Shown here: positions 28,341 to 39,089 of the stretch, piece by piece
Position numbering within the stretch: the stretch's first letter is position 1
How the letters are laid out: the number at the start of each line of letters is the position of its first letter
Assembly (NCBI GenBank): GCA_041677245.1
Contig: JBAYQJ010000007.1
Coordinates: 50,861 to 114,860 of the forward strand
Direction: 5' to 3'
From: Spongiibacteraceae bacterium
GTDB taxonomy: Bacteria; Pseudomonadota; Gammaproteobacteria; Pseudomonadales; Dasaniaceae
Length of the DNA stretch: 64,000 nt
Notes under the pieces: generated by a model
What the model was told of the DNA's origin: nothing
The model's database searches: none
Seen by the model: the letters and a program-made list of their open reading frames with translations, nothing else
Made by a program: the position numbers and the translations under genes

Positions 28341-28841
28341 ATGAATATTTCAACACCTGATTTATGTGATGAATATGGCGATCTGGTACAGGTAGCCGAA
28401 CCTGTTTTTAGTCATTTTGGCGGAGTGCGCCAATTTGGTGGAGAGGTGGTCACAGTTAAGTGCTTTGAAGATAACTCTAAAGTGGGTGAAATGCTTAGAG
28501 CAGAAGGCAAGGGGCGGATTCTGGTCATTGATGGAGGTGCTTCACCCAGGCGTTCATTGTTGGGTGATAAGCTGGCTACTATGGCGATGGAGAATAATTG
28601 GGGGGGTATTGTCCTCTACGGTTATTTGCGCGATGTTGAAGAAATCGCTTTGATGTCGATAGGTGTGGTCGCTTTGGGTGCTATTCCTCGTAAAACAGAA
28701 AAGCGTGGTGCGGGGCAAGTTAATGTGGCAATAGAGGTGGCAGGGATTTGTGTCAAGCCTGGGCAGTATATTTATGCCGATGGCAGTGGTGTTATCATTG
28801 CAGAACAAGCATTGTGGAAACCCGCTGAATCAATCAATTAA
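28341..28841 (+). CDS. rraA: RraA family protein (RNase E regulator / HMG-CHA aldolase-oxaloacetate decarboxylase fold)
   Basis: Collinear with E. coli RraA: PDLCDEYGDLVQVAEPVFSHFGG, VVTVKCFEDNS, GRILVIDGG. Confidence 0.85.
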   Translation: MNISTPDLCDEYGDLVQVAEPVFSHFGGVRQFGGEVVTVKCFEDNSKVGEMLRAEGKGRILVIDGGASPRRSLLGDKLATMAMENNWGGIVLYGYLRDVEEIALMSIGVVALGAIPRKTEKRGAGQVNVAIEVAGICVKPGQYIYADGSGVIIAEQALWKPAESIN

Positions 28842-28889
28842 CCGGTCGATAGGTAAAATAATTGGCCATAAAAATAAAAGGATATCATC

Positions 28890-29936
28890 ATGATTAAATT
28901 AGGCATTATACTCGGCTACTCGGGCAAGCATATTAACTTACCCATTGATTTGGTGCGGCAGGCAGAGGCTCTGGGTTATGACTCGGTGTGGACGTCTGAG
29001 GCCTATGGCTCGGATGCGGTGTCGGCGGCGACTTGGATTTTAGCGCAGACAAAAACAATTAAAGTGGGTACTTGCATTATGCAAATGCCAGCGCGTACTC
29101 CGGCGATGACGGCGATGACCGCGATGACGTTGTCGCAGTTATCCCAGCAGCGTTTTATTGCAGGCTTGGGGGCTTCAGGGCCACAGGTTGTAGAGGGTTG
29201 GCACGGAGTGGCTTATGATAAGCCGATTACTCGCACCCGCGAATATATTCAAATCATGCGCGCCATCATGGCGCGTGAAGCGGCTGTTGAGTTTGACGGC
29301 AAGATTTATCAAATACCCAATTATGGGCCAGGTACTACCGGCTTGGGTAAGCCGCTTAAATCGATTATGGCGGCAGATACGTCTATTCCTATTTATACCG
29401 CCTCGATAACGCCAGCAGGGCTGGCTTGTGCTGCCGAGGTCGCCGACGGAGTGTTTCCGATTTGGATGCCACCTGAAAAGTTTACCGCGCTTGAGCCGCA
29501 TTTGAATAAAGGTTTTGCCAAGGCTGGCAACGGTAAATCCTTAAAAGATTTTGATGTTGCTCCCGGCGTGGCGGTGGTGATGGGGGATGACCTTGATGCG
29601 TGTCGCTTACCAATCAAGCAGAATATGGCGTTGTATATTGGCGGTATGGGCGCAAAGGGTAAAAACTTTTATACCAGTTATGCGACTTCGTTGGGTTATG
29701 GCGAGCAGGCGGAGCGTATTCAGAACTTATACTTGGCCGGTGATAAAGTCGCTGCGGTTGCCGCTGTCCCCGATGATCTTGTTGACGCAGTTGCTCTGGT
29801 GGGGCCTGCCGACAGAATTCGTGATCGTGCCGAGGCGTGGAAAGAGGCGGGTGACAAAGGTCATGTGGGGACAATGATGTTTCACCTTAATCAGCCTGAG
29901 GTGCTGCCATTATTGGCTGATATTTTTAAAGGGTGA
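28890..29936 (+). CDS. luciferase-like monooxygenase (LLM) family oxidoreductase
   Basis: LGYDSVWTSEAYGSDA and IMQMPARTPAMTAMTAMTLSQLS are typical LLM / F420-dependent class blocks. Confidence 0.8.
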   Translation: MIKLGIILGYSGKHINLPIDLVRQAEALGYDSVWTSEAYGSDAVSAATWILAQTKTIKVGTCIMQMPARTPAMTAMTAMTLSQLSQQRFIAGLGASGPQVVEGWHGVAYDKPITRTREYIQIMRAIMAREAAVEFDGKIYQIPNYGPGTTGLGKPLKSIMAADTSIPIYTASITPAGLACAAEVADGVFPIWMPPEKFTALEPHLNKGFAKAGNGKSLKDFDVAPGVAVVMGDDLDACRLPIKQNMALYIGGMGAKGKNFYTSYATSLGYGEQAERIQNLYLAGDKVAAVAAVPDDLVDAVALVGPADRIRDRAEAWKEAGDKGHVGTMMFHLNQPEVLPLLADIFKG

Positions 29937-29991
29937 TGGGTGTTAGGGTGGGTCCTCTATCCAAAGTTATTGCAAAAAAGGCGTGTGCTAA

Positions 29992-31713
29992 ATGGGGATG
30001 AGTAATTCACAGCGATTAGCTAAAGTTATTTTGAATGGCTTTGATGCCTTTTTTGGTGACTTTCAAAATACCACTTTGGCTGCTCAGGCCCGTTTTGAAT
30101 CCGCGGATTGGTTGCTGGTGCATGCAGCCATGGGTAAGCGTTTGGATATGTACAAAAAAAAAGTAGCGCATGTTGCCAGCCTGGCTGAAGATGTGGTGGG
30201 TGGTTTGTTGGGCGATCGCGTATTGTGGCGTGCGGCAAAAGTAGAATATGCACAGTTGGTCGAGGCGCACAGTAATTATGAGATAGCACAAACATTTTTT
30301 AATTCGGTATATTGCTATGTGTTTGAGCATGAAAAAATTCGCGATGCCCATGCTTTTATAGAAACGCCAGATCTGTTGCCCAAAGGTTTGAATGACGAAG
30401 TTATTTTTATCGAGTATCCGGTTGCCATGGATATGGCCTCGACGGTGAGAAGCATCTTTAAAGATACGCGGTTTAATATTCCCTTTGAAGATTTTGATCG
30501 GGATGTTAGTCGTGTAGTGGGGCGGATGGAGGCCGTGCTCGGTGCGCGTATACAGCGCGGTGAGCAAGTAACAGCACAGATATTAAGCTCTCTGTTTTAT
30601 CGTAATAAGGCGGCGTATCTCGTTGGGCGTATTGTTGTTGATGACGCTGTGCTGCCTTTTGTTTTTCCTTTTTTAAATAATGAAAAAGGTGCGGTGTACG
30701 TGGATACGGTGCTTTTTTCCCCGGACGATGTCAGTAAGCTGTTCAGCTTTACGCGCAGTTATTTTATGGTGGATGCTTCGGTGCCGTCACAAATTGTTGA
30801 GTTTTTGCAAACCATCATCCCACAAAAAAAACCGTTTGAGCTGTACAGTGCTATTGGTTTTGGTAAGCACGGAAAAACTGTTTTCTTTCGAAGCACTGTG
30901 GCCAATACTGCCAAAACCAGCGATCAGTATATTGTCGCCCCGGGCATTAAGGGGATGGTAATGCTGGTGTTTACCCTGCCATCCTACGATTATGTATACA
31001 AAGTCATCAAGGATCGATTTACGCCCCCTAAAGACATGACTCGGGAAGAGGTTAAAGATAAATATAAATTAGTAAAACGCTGGGATCGGGCTGGGCGCAT
31101 GGCAGACACGCAGGAGTTTAATAATCTGGCCTTTGATCGTCGTCGTTTTTCCGATGAGTTGATAGCTGAGCTGGAAAAAGAAGTCCCTTCGCTGTTAGAG
31201 GTCAAGGGCAATGCGTTGATTTTAAAGCATGTCTATGTAGAGCGACGGATGAACCCGCTAAACCTGTATTTGAAACAGGCTACGCAGGAGCAAACCTACA
31301 ATGTGATGGATGAGTACGGTAACGCCATCAAACAGCTGGCCGCGGCTAATATATTTCCTGGGGATATGCTGCTTAAAAACTTCGGTGTTACTCGTCATAA
31401 CCGGGTGGTGTTTTATGATTATGACGAGATTTGCCCGCTGGTGGATTGCAACTTTCGCACCTTGCCTCAACCAATGACCGAGGAGCAGGAGTTGGCTGGG
31501 CAACCTTGGTATAATGTGGCACCGCTGGATGTGTTTCCTGAGGAGTTTAGGCTGTTTTTCTCTGGTAATCGCAGCGCTAGGGAGGCTTTCGATGAATTAC
31601 ACCCTGAGTTGTATGAGGCGGATTTTTGGTCTGGTCTGCAGCGGCAAATCAAAAATGGTGTGGTGGGTGATGTGTTTCCTTACCGGCGCAAGCACCGATT
31701 TGCTCGTCCTTAG
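29992..31713 (+). CDS. aceK: isocitrate dehydrogenase kinase/phosphatase
   Basis: 573 aa. Starts with AKVILNGFDAFFGDFQNTTLAAQARFESADW and ends with NVAPLDVFPEEFRLFF and GDVFPYRR, all AceK-typical. Confidence 0.9.
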   Translation: MGMSNSQRLAKVILNGFDAFFGDFQNTTLAAQARFESADWLLVHAAMGKRLDMYKKKVAHVASLAEDVVGGLLGDRVLWRAAKVEYAQLVEAHSNYEIAQTFFNSVYCYVFEHEKIRDAHAFIETPDLLPKGLNDEVIFIEYPVAMDMASTVRSIFKDTRFNIPFEDFDRDVSRVVGRMEAVLGARIQRGEQVTAQILSSLFYRNKAAYLVGRIVVDDAVLPFVFPFLNNEKGAVYVDTVLFSPDDVSKLFSFTRSYFMVDASVPSQIVEFLQTIIPQKKPFELYSAIGFGKHGKTVFFRSTVANTAKTSDQYIVAPGIKGMVMLVFTLPSYDYVYKVIKDRFTPPKDMTREEVKDKYKLVKRWDRAGRMADTQEFNNLAFDRRRFSDELIAELEKEVPSLLEVKGNALILKHVYVERRMNPLNLYLKQATQEQTYNVMDEYGNAIKQLAAANIFPGDMLLKNFGVTRHNRVVFYDYDEICPLVDCNFRTLPQPMTEEQELAGQPWYNVAPLDVFPEEFRLFFSGNRSAREAFDELHPELYEADFWSGLQRQIKNGVVGDVFPYRRKHRFARP

Positions 31714-31993
31714 CGCGCATTTCTCAAGGTTTGCATTGATATTTGGCTCAGTTTGCTGCTGGGGTCGGGCCGAGTGGTGCTGACTGAAGCTAAAGATGCC
31801 GTGGCAGGGTGATTTTAATTCGTTTTTGTGATTGTCGGCTCGATGAGTTTTAGTGTTCTGGGCGGCTCCGGTGGGGCAGGCTCTTCCCTGCGGTTACTAA
31901 CATGCTCCTAAGTACGTGCGATTCGGGGGGCACACCTCGCAGCATAGCGTGAAGATATTTGCAAAATGCTGCTATTTGGTGGCGTTTTTTCGG

Positions 31994-32022
31994 TGGACAG
32001 CATCAGCATGTTTGCGTACAAT
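31994..32022 (+). promoter_or_regulatory. candidate sigma70 promoter for carAB (TGGACA, 17-nt spacer, TACAAT)
   Basis: Read directly: TGGACA at 31994-31999 and TACAAT at 32017-32022. Confidence 0.4.
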
Positions 32023-32117
32023 CTGCCGCCAAGTTACACCGGTGTTCAGCAGCCCGGCAACCCCACCCGAATTGGCCAATATTACAGCTGCTACGGGTAT
32101 ATAGAGGGGAAATTATT

Positions 32118-32153
32118 AAGCGAGATGAGGCTGTTACTTCATCTCGCTTTTTT
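32118..32153 (+). terminator. leader hairpin + T-run upstream of carA (candidate attenuator)
   Basis: Perfect 11-bp stem AAGCGAGATGA / TCATCTCGCTT with a 10-nt loop. The T-run extends to 32153, about 70 nt before the carA start and downstream of the candidate promoter. Confidence 0.5.
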
Positions 32154-32221
32154 ACGGCCTGTAAATACTGCTCCACCGGTTCCGCCCCAGCTTTTTTTCG
32201 CCACTCTTATAGGAGGTTTGC

Positions 32222-33376
32222 TTGACTGTACCAGCCATATTGGCCCTAGAGGATGGTAGTATTTTTAAAGGAATTGCTATCGGTGCCACCGGACACTCGG
32301 TCGGTGAGGTGGTGTTTAATACGGCGATGACGGGTTACCAGGAGATCATCACCGACCCCTCTTACGCTAAGCAAATCATCACTTTTACGTACCCCCATAT
32401 CGGTAATACCGGTACCAATAGCGAAGATGAAGAGGCGGCTGAAATTTGGTCTGCAGGCATAGTCATTCGCGACCTGCCGTTGTTGGCCAGCAGCTTCCGC
32501 AACCAGCAGAGCCTGCAAGACTATCTAGTTAGCCACAATATTATTGGTATCGCTGAAATCGATACCCGTCAACTCACGCGTCTCCTGCGAGATAAAGGCA
32601 ATCAAGCCGGTTGCATTATGGCGGGTGACGCCATCGATGAGGCTGAGGCACTAAAATTAGCCCGAGAGTTTGGTGGTTTGCAAGGCTTAGATCTGGCCAA
32701 GGTGGTTTGTACTAAGGAGCCCTATAACTGGCAGCAAGGTAGTTGGTCGCTACCTAGTGACAAGTACACCGGTGAAAGCTACAAACAATATAACGATGAA
32801 GAGTGTGCGTACCACGTAGTTGTCTACGATTATGGGGTTAAGCGCAATATGCTGCGGATGTTAGTCGATCGTGGCTGTAAGCTGACAGTAGTGCCCGCTG
32901 AAACGCCTGCCGCTGATGTGTTGGCGATGAGCCCGGATGGTATCTTTTTATCCAACGGCCCTGGGGATCCAGAACCTTGTACTTATGCAATAGCGGCGAT
33001 CCAACAATTTTTGCAAACTGAAATCCCGATTTTTGGTATTTGCCTGGGGCACCAGCTGCTGGCTTTAGCCTCCGGCGCAAAAACCATCAAAATGAAACAT
33101 GGTCACCACGGTGCTAACCATCCAGTACAAATTCTTGAAACTGGCCGAGTGATGATCACCAGCCAGAACCATGGTTTTGCTGCGGATGAGGCTAGCTTGC
33201 CAGCGAATGTTTGTGCGACCCATAAGTCGTTATTCGATGGCTCGTTGCAAGGTATTCGCCTTACTGATAAGCCAGCCTTTGGCTTCCAGGGACATCCTGA
33301 AGCGAGCCCAGGCCCGCAGGAAGCCGGATCACTGTTTGATCAATTTATTGAACTCATTAAGGTCTATAAGGCTTGA
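32222..33376 (+). CDS. carA: carbamoyl-phosphate synthase small (glutaminase) subunit
   Basis: [34 protein letters not shown], and the GATase triad block [13 protein letters not shown] start. Confidence 0.95.
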   Translation: MTVPAILALEDGSIFKGIAIGATGHSVGEVVFNTAMTGYQEIITDPSYAKQIITFTYPHIGNTGTNSEDEEAAEIWSAGIVIRDLPLLASSFRNQQSLQDYLVSHNIIGIAEIDTRQLTRLLRDKGNQAGCIMAGDAIDEAEALKLAREFGGLQGLDLAKVVCTKEPYNWQQGSWSLPSDKYTGESYKQYNDEECAYHVVVYDYGVKRNMLRMLVDRGCKLTVVPAETPAADVLAMSPDGIFLSNGPGDPEPCTYAIAAIQQFLQTEIPIFGICLGHQLLALASGAKTIKMKHGHHGANHPVQILETGRVMITSQNHGFAADEASLPANVCATHKSLFDGSLQGIRLTDKPAFGFQGHPEASPGPQEAGSLFDQFIELIKVYKA

Positions 33377-33528
33377 GTGAGTAAACGGTAACGGCTATTG
33401 TTCGAAAGGTAAGTGCCCGGTAGGGAATTTCTCGACAGATAATAGCCGCTACCAGAGCTTCGTTATACCGTGAGCGAGTCTTGCGGTGGTATTGTCACAC
33501 AACGCCTAACCTTCGGATCGATTTATCC

Positions 33529-36500
33529 ATGCCAAAAAGAACCGACATAAACTCTATACTGATTCTCGGCGCAGGCCCCATCGTTATTGGTCAGGCCTGT
33601 GAATTTGACTACTCTGGCGCGCAAGCGTGTAAAGCATTAAGAGAAGAGGGTTACCGTGTTATTCTGGTGAACTCCAACCCAGCCACTATCATGACCGACC
33701 CGGCTATGGCCGATGCGACGTATATAGAGCCAGTAGAGTGGCGCACCGTTGAGAAAATCATCGAAAAAGAGCGCCCTGATGCGCTGTTGCCGACTATGGG
33801 TGGCCAGACCGCTTTGAACTGCGCGTTAGACCTGGATCACCATGGCGTACTGGCAAAGTACGGCGTTGAGATGATCGGCGCGACCAAAGAAGCCATCGAT
33901 AAAGCTGAAGACCGCGACTTATTTGATAAGGCGATGAAACGTATTGGCCTTGAAACCCCGCGCTCGGCTATCGCCCACAGCATGGAAGAAGCCTTACAAG
34001 TGCAGGGTCAGCTGGGCTTCCCATCTATTATTCGTCCTTCATTTACCATGGGTGGCTCCGGTGGTGGTATCGCTTACAACCGCGAAGAATTTATTGAAAT
34101 CTGCGAGCGTGGTCTGGACCTGTCGCCCACTAATGAGCTGCTGATCGACGAGTCGCTGATTGGCTGGAAAGAATATGAAATGGAGGTGGTGCGTGACAAA
34201 AACGACAACTGCATCATTATCTGTTCGATTGAAAATTTTGACCCGATGGGTGTGCATACCGGCGACTCGATTACCGTTGCACCGGCACAAACGCTCACGG
34301 ATAAAGAATACCAGTTGATGCGTAATGCTTCTCTGGCGGTACTGCGTGAGATCGGTGTTGAAACGGGTGGTTCAAACGTACAGTTTGGTCAGTGCCCGGA
34401 AACGGGTCGTATGGTTATCATTGAAATGAACCCACGGGTTAGTCGCTCCTCTGCGCTGGCTTCCAAGGCTACTGGGTTTCCTATTGCCCGCGTTGCTGCC
34501 AAGTTGGCGGTTGGCTATACCCTGGATGAGCTGCAAAACGAAATTACTGGTGGTAACTCGCCAGTATCGTTTGAGCCGACTATCGATTACGTGGTTACCA
34601 AAATCCCTCGTTTTACCTTTGAAAAGTTTCCTGAGGCAGATACGCACCTACACACCCAGATGAAATCAGTGGGTGAAGTAATGGCAATTGGTCGCACCTT
34701 CCAGGAGTCGATGCAAAAAGCTTTGCGTGGGCTCGAAGTCGGTTCGTCTGGCTTCGAATCCAAACTTGATGTGAAGCACAAAGATTCTCGCGACCGGTTG
34801 ATTAATGAGCTAATCAACCCAGGTCCTGAGCGTATTTGGTATGTGGCTGACGCATTCCGTGCTGGTATGAGCATTGATGAAGTATTTGAGTTTTCAAAAA
34901 TAGATCGCTGGTTCTTGGTGCAAATTGAAGATTTGGTTAACACCGAAGCGCAGCTACAAACGCAAAAATTACACGATATTGATGCCGACGCGCTATTTAG
35001 AATTAAGCGTAAAGGTTTTTCTGATGAGCGTTTGGCCAGCTTACTCAAAGTAACTGAGCAAAGTGTGCGTGAATACCGCCACGGTTTAAATATTCGACCA
35101 GTTTATAAACGTGTTGATACCTGTGCTGCTGAGTTTTCTACCAGTACCGCCTATATGTACTCCACTTATGAGCAAGAGTGCGAAGCGGACGTTAGCAACA
35201 AAGATAAAATTATGGTTATTGGTGGTGGTCCTAACCGCATTGGTCAAGGGATTGAATTTGATTACTGCTGTGTTCACGCTGCCTTGGCGATGCGTGAAGA
35301 CGGTTATGAAACCATTATGGTTAACTGTAATCCAGAGACGGTTTCTACCGATTACGATACCTCTGATCGTTTATATTTTGAGTCGGTTACCTTAGAAGAT
35401 GTGTTAGAGATCGTACACAAAGAAAACCCTAAAGGGGTGATTGTACAGTTTGGCGGTCAAACACCGTTGAAGCTGGCTCGTGCGCTTGAGGCGGCGGGTG
35501 TACCTATTATTGGTACCACGCCCGATGCGATCGATCGAGCTGAAGATCGTGAGCGCTTCCAGCAGATGATTCAAAAGCTGGGATTAAAGCAGCCGCCTAA
35601 CACTACTGTGCGTTCAACCGATGAGGCTGTTGCCGCGGCAGAGGCTATTGGTTATCCGCTAGTTGTACGTCCGTCCTATGTCTTGGGTGGTCGGGCGATG
35701 GAGGTTGTATATAGTGAAGAAGAATTACTGCATTATATGAAATCTGCGGTACAGGCTTCTAATGAATCGCCGGTGTTGCTTGATCACTTTTTGAATGCTG
35801 CAGTTGAGATAGATGTAGATGCAGTATCTGATGGCAAAGAAGTGGTCATCGGTGCAATCATGCAGCATATTGAACAGGCCGGTGTGCACTCTGGAGATTC
35901 AGCGTGCTCTTTACCGCCATATTCTTTGACGGCAGAGCAGCAAGATAAAATGCGCCAGCAGGTCAAGGCAATGGCCCTTGAATTAGGTGTATGTGGCTTG
36001 ATGAACGTACAGCTGGCCGAACAGGATGGCGAAATTTATGTAATTGAGGTAAATCCGCGTGCATCCAGAACGGTACCCTTTGTATCCAAATGTATTGGTG
36101 TTTCTTTAGCAAAAGTTGCTGCACGTTGCATGGCTGGTACTAGCCTTGCGGAGCAGGGCTTTACCAAAGAGATCATTCCAAAATTTTTCAGTGTTAAAGA
36201 GGCGGTTTTCCCGTTTAACAAGTTTCAGGGTGTCGATCCAATACTCGGGCCAGAAATGAAGTCTACTGGTGAAGTGATGGGGTGGGGAGCAACCTTTGCC
36301 GAAGCTTTTAGCAAAGCGCAGTTGGGAGCTGGTGAGATAATTCCGACTAAGGGTAAGGCCTTTATCAGTGTGCGTGATGCTGACAAGCCAGGTGCGTTAG
36401 AGGTGGCCAAAAAATTAGCAGCTCAAGGATTCTCTTTAACAGCCTCTCGCGGCACGCATAAAGTGTTAACGGCTGCAGGACTTGAAGTTAGTTTAATGAA

Positions 36501-36753
36501 TAAAGTAGCTGAGGGGCGTCCACACATCGTAGATAGTCTCAAAAATGGTGAAATAAAGTTAATTGTTAATACCACGGAGGGTCGCCGTGCTATTGCTGAT
36601 TCGGCACCGATCAGACGCACAGCTTTACAACACAAGGTATTTTATACAACTACACTGGCTGGTGCCGAAGCGGTTTGCGAAGCAATCAGCATTAATAAGG
36701 CAGAGAAAGTAGTGCGTCGTCTGCAGGACGAGCACGGGAGGCAGGGAGTATGA
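33529..36753 (+). CDS. carB: carbamoyl-phosphate synthase large subunit
   Basis: [30 protein letters not shown], with duplicated ATP-grasp halves and an MGS-like C-terminus. I use ATG 33529 rather than the track TTG at 33481. Confidence 0.95.
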   Translation: MPKRTDINSILILGAGPIVIGQACEFDYSGAQACKALREEGYRVILVNSNPATIMTDPAMADATYIEPVEWRTVEKIIEKERPDALLPTMGGQTALNCALDLDHHGVLAKYGVEMIGATKEAIDKAEDRDLFDKAMKRIGLETPRSAIAHSMEEALQVQGQLGFPSIIRPSFTMGGSGGGIAYNREEFIEICERGLDLSPTNELLIDESLIGWKEYEMEVVRDKNDNCIIICSIENFDPMGVHTGDSITVAPAQTLTDKEYQLMRNASLAVLREIGVETGGSNVQFGQCPETGRMVIIEMNPRVSRSSALASKATGFPIARVAAKLAVGYTLDELQNEITGGNSPVSFEPTIDYVVTKIPRFTFEKFPEADTHLHTQMKSVGEVMAIGRTFQESMQKALRGLEVGSSGFESKLDVKHKDSRDRLINELINPGPERIWYVADAFRAGMSIDEVFEFSKIDRWFLVQIEDLVNTEAQLQTQKLHDIDADALFRIKRKGFSDERLASLLKVTEQSVREYRHGLNIRPVYKRVDTCAAEFSTSTAYMYSTYEQECEADVSNKDKIMVIGGGPNRIGQGIEFDYCCVHAALAMREDGYETIMVNCNPETVSTDYDTSDRLYFESVTLEDVLEIVHKENPKGVIVQFGGQTPLKLARALEAAGVPIIGTTPDAIDRAEDRERFQQMIQKLGLKQPPNTTVRSTDEAVAAAEAIGYPLVVRPSYVLGGRAMEVVYSEEELLHYMKSAVQASNESPVLLDHFLNAAVEIDVDAVSDGKEVVIGAIMQHIEQAGVHSGDSACSLPPYSLTAEQQDKMRQQVKAMALELGVCGLMNVQLAEQDGEIYVIEVNPRASRTVPFVSKCIGVSLAKVAARCMAGTSLAEQGFTKEIIPKFFSVKEAVFPFNKFQGVDPILGPEMKSTGEVMGWGATFAEAFSKAQLGAGEIIPTKGKAFISVRDADKPGALEVAKKLAAQGFSLTASRGTHKVLTAAGLEVSLMNKVAEGRPHIVDSLKNGEIKLIVNTTEGRRAIADSAPIRRTALQHKVFYTTTLAGAEAVCEAISINKAEKVVRRLQDEHGRQGV

Positions 36754-37232
36754 GTATTAGTCGGGTACCAATGACTAAAGCGGGTGAAATTAAATTACGC
36801 GAAGAGCTTGTTCGTTTAAAAACTAAAGATCGGCCGCGTATTGTTGAGTCTATCGCTGAAGCACGTGCGCATGGTGATTTAAAGGAAAATGCAGAATACC
36901 ATGCAGCCAGAGAGCAGCAGGGTTTTTGCGAAGGCCGTATCCAGGAAATCGAGGGTAAGCTCGCTGACAGTGTGGTTATTGATGTCACTTCTATTCCCTA
37001 TACGGGCAAAGTGATCTTTGGTGTTACAGTGACGATTATTAATTGTGACACCGATGCAGAAGTTACCTACACGATTGTGGGTGAGGATGAGGCTGATGTA
37101 GGTGTTGGTAAAATCTCAGTGACTTCACCGATTGCTCGCGCGTTAGTGGGTAAGGAAGAGGGTGACGTTGTCGTTGTGCGTACACCAGGTGGCGATGTGG
37201 AATATGAGATAGGTCAGGTACAGCATTTGTAA
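36750..37232 (+). CDS. greA: transcription elongation factor GreA
   Basis: [35 protein letters not shown] overlap with the carB stop. Confidence 0.95.
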   Translation: MSISRVPMTKAGEIKLREELVRLKTKDRPRIVESIAEARAHGDLKENAEYHAAREQQGFCEGRIQEIEGKLADSVVIDVTSIPYTGKVIFGVTVTIINCDTDAEVTYTIVGEDEADVGVGKISVTSPIARALVGKEEGDVVVVRTPGGDVEYEIGQVQHL

Positions 37233-37264
37233 TACCGCCTAGTGCTAGCCGCAAAAACTAAAAA

Positions 37265-37292
37265 GGGCCAACTAATCAGTTGGCCCTTTTTT
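37265..37292. terminator. bidirectional rho-independent terminator between greA and csrA
   Basis: AAAAA GGGCCAAC taatca GTTGGCCC TTTTTTATT. Confidence 0.8.
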
Positions 37293-37312
37293 ATTACGCT
37301 ATTCGAAAGTTT

Positions 37313-37510
37313 TCAAATAGTATTTCCTAGAGTCTCTGGGCTGTCCTGCTCGTCCTGAATACGGTTGTACACTTCTTCACGGTGCACGCTTACTTCTTTA
37401 GGTGCGGCAATACCTAAACGAACTTGATTGCCACTGATACCTAAAACAGTTACCTTGACGTTGTCACCGATGATTAAAGTTTCCCCTAATCTTCTTGATA
37501 GTACTAACAT
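37313..37510 (-). CDS. csrA: carbon storage regulator CsrA/RsmA
   Basis: [52 protein letters not shown] matches the CsrA family end to end. Confidence 0.9.
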   Translation of the reverse strand: MLVLSRRLGETLIIGDNVKVTVLGISGNQVRLGIAAPKEVSVHREEVYNRIQDEQDSPETLGNTI

Positions 37511-37636
37511 TGCTTAATCCCTCTTGGCCAGTTGAGCTTATTCAAGACCAAGCTTAATGGGTTGCAGTGCCTAATATAATTCGCTCATGTACTTAGCCGT
37601 GTAGGGAAAACTACCTAACTGTGGTGATGGTGATTA

Positions 37637-37873
37637 TCACCGCAGTAACTTTTCTATCTCTGAGCTTTGCAACACTTTCCCCACAGAGACAATTTTGTCA
37701 TCAACCGCCAGTGCCGGAGTTGACATGACACCATGGGCTGCTATTTCGGCGAAATCGGTGACTTTGATGATTTCTGCCTCTAATCCCAGGTGTGTCAGTG
37801 CTGCCTGGGTGTTTTCTGTCAGGGCTTTACATTTGCTGCAGCCTGAGCCCAAAATTTTTATTTTCATAGTCAA
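37637..37873 (-). CDS. thioredoxin-fold small protein (redox-active disulfide protein 2 type)
   Basis: 78 aa with MKIKILGSGCSKCKAL (CxxC) and the GVMSTPALAVDDK block. Confidence 0.75.
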   Translation of the reverse strand: MTMKIKILGSGCSKCKALTENTQAALTHLGLEAEIIKVTDFAEIAAHGVMSTPALAVDDKIVSVGKVLQSSEIEKLLR

Positions 37874-37881
37874 GATCCTCT

Positions 37882-38886
37882 TTAGATTAGTAAGTAGGCA
37901 AACGCATTAAAAACAAGGCCTATGATAACAATGCCACAGACGACAATTCCGATAAAAAGCACTAACAGCGGCATTTTTATCACCTTTTTAAGCATGATAA
38001 GTGAAGGTAGTGATAACGCCGTGACGGCCATCATAAAGGCCAATGCAGTTCCAAGTCCTACGCCTTTTCCAACTAGTGCTTCAGCAATAGGTAGAGTCCC
38101 AAAGATGTCGGCATACATTGGTACTCCTATTAATGTGGCAACCAACACTGACCACCAATTATCTTGGCCAAGCACCGTCGTAATCCAAGACTCCGGTAAC
38201 CAGTTATGTATGACCGCACCTATCCCTACCCCAATCAAGACATACAGCCAAACTCGCTTAAAAATATCAGCGACCTGCGCTGTTGAGTAGTCAAAACGAT
38301 CCTTTCGGGTGAGTTCGACCTGTGGAATATCAAGTACAGGGCTGTGTAATACAAAGGATTCAACATGGCGGGTCATATTTGCCCTGCTAATAATAGTGCC
38401 ACCAATGACTGCGAGAACTAAACCCACAACCACATAGGCGATAGCAATAGACCAATTAAAAATACTAGCTAATAGAATTACCGATGCTAAATCAACCAAT
38501 GGTGAAGAAATCAAAAATGAGAAGGTTACGCCAAGTGGCAGGCCTGAACTGGTAAAGCCAATAAATAGAGGAATAGATGAGCATGAGCAAAAGGGAGTAA
38601 TGGTGCCCATTAATGCGCCTGCCAGGTTCGCTTTGAAGCCTTTCATTGTGCCTAATATTTTTCTGGTCCGTTCAGGTGGAAAGTAGCTTTGCACCCATGA
38701 CACGGTAAAAATAAGCACGGCAAGCAAGATGAATATTTTAATAACATCGTAGATGAAAAAGTGAACGCTGGCTCCAGTGGCGGTGGCCATAGACAAACCT
38801 AGTACATCCTCAACTAAAACACGAACCAGCCAAAACAGCCATTCCATTTTCAGCAACTGGTTGTTTAACCACTCAAATATTCCCAC
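37882..38886 (-). CDS. UPF0718 / ArsP-like permease
   Basis: Multi-TM protein with the TPFCSCSSIPLF cysteine motif typical of this family. Usually paired with the small thioredoxin-like gene. GTG start. Confidence 0.8.
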   Translation of the reverse strand: MGIFEWLNNQLLKMEWLFWLVRVLVEDVLGLSMATATGASVHFFIYDVIKIFILLAVLIFTVSWVQSYFPPERTRKILGTMKGFKANLAGALMGTITPFCSCSSIPLFIGFTSSGLPLGVTFSFLISSPLVDLASVILLASIFNWSIAIAYVVVGLVLAVIGGTIISRANMTRHVESFVLHSPVLDIPQVELTRKDRFDYSTAQVADIFKRVWLYVLIGVGIGAVIHNWLPESWITTVLGQDNWWSVLVATLIGVPMYADIFGTLPIAEALVGKGVGLGTALAFMMAVTALSLPSLIMLKKVIKMPLLVLFIGIVVCGIVIIGLVFNAFAYLLI

Positions 38887-39089
38887 TTGATTCTCCCGGT
38901 GTGACTAGCCTTGTCTCTGCTTGAACGTTTATTCTAACGCTCATTTTAGCGCTTGGCACTATAATCGATACAAGATCACTATGACGGAAAAGTATTCTAT
39001 TTCGAAATCGTATTAACTCCTGACAGCCTGGCTTACAGTGGGGGAAGTTCTAGTATAATTTTAAATATGCCAGTCTATAGTTAGGACCG

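Noticed and set aside
29103-29129. Three tandem 9-nt units (GCGATGACG GCGATGACC GCGATGACG) encoding AMTAMTAMT
   Set aside because: They are in frame inside the LLM oxidoreductase, within a segment where family members naturally have Ala/Met/Thr-rich sequence. There is no evidence of recent expansion or phase variation.
30016-30567. 183-aa and 89-aa ORFs antisense to aceK
   Set aside because: AceK is supported along its full length, and the antisense ORFs have no recognisable features.
31916-32259. Three overlapping 62-97-aa ORFs in the aceK-carA spacer, considered as a small gene or a dapB remnant
   Set aside because: The translations show no DapB-like or other motifs, and they overlap each other, the candidate promoter and the hairpin. 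I interpret the region as a regulatory leader instead.
33481-33528. N-terminal extensions given by the ORF track for carB (33481), nrdA (46612), the RND permease (55629), the hydrolase (57021), the lipoprotein (18484), the LEH-like gene (10934) and grxD (50037)
   Set aside because: In each case an internal ATG with a Shine-Dalgarno-like sequence reproduces the canonical family N-terminus or signal peptide, and the extension looks non-native.
34039-36988. Multiple 60-153-aa ORFs antisense to or out of frame with carB and greA
   Set aside because: All lie inside carB/greA, which match their families end to end.
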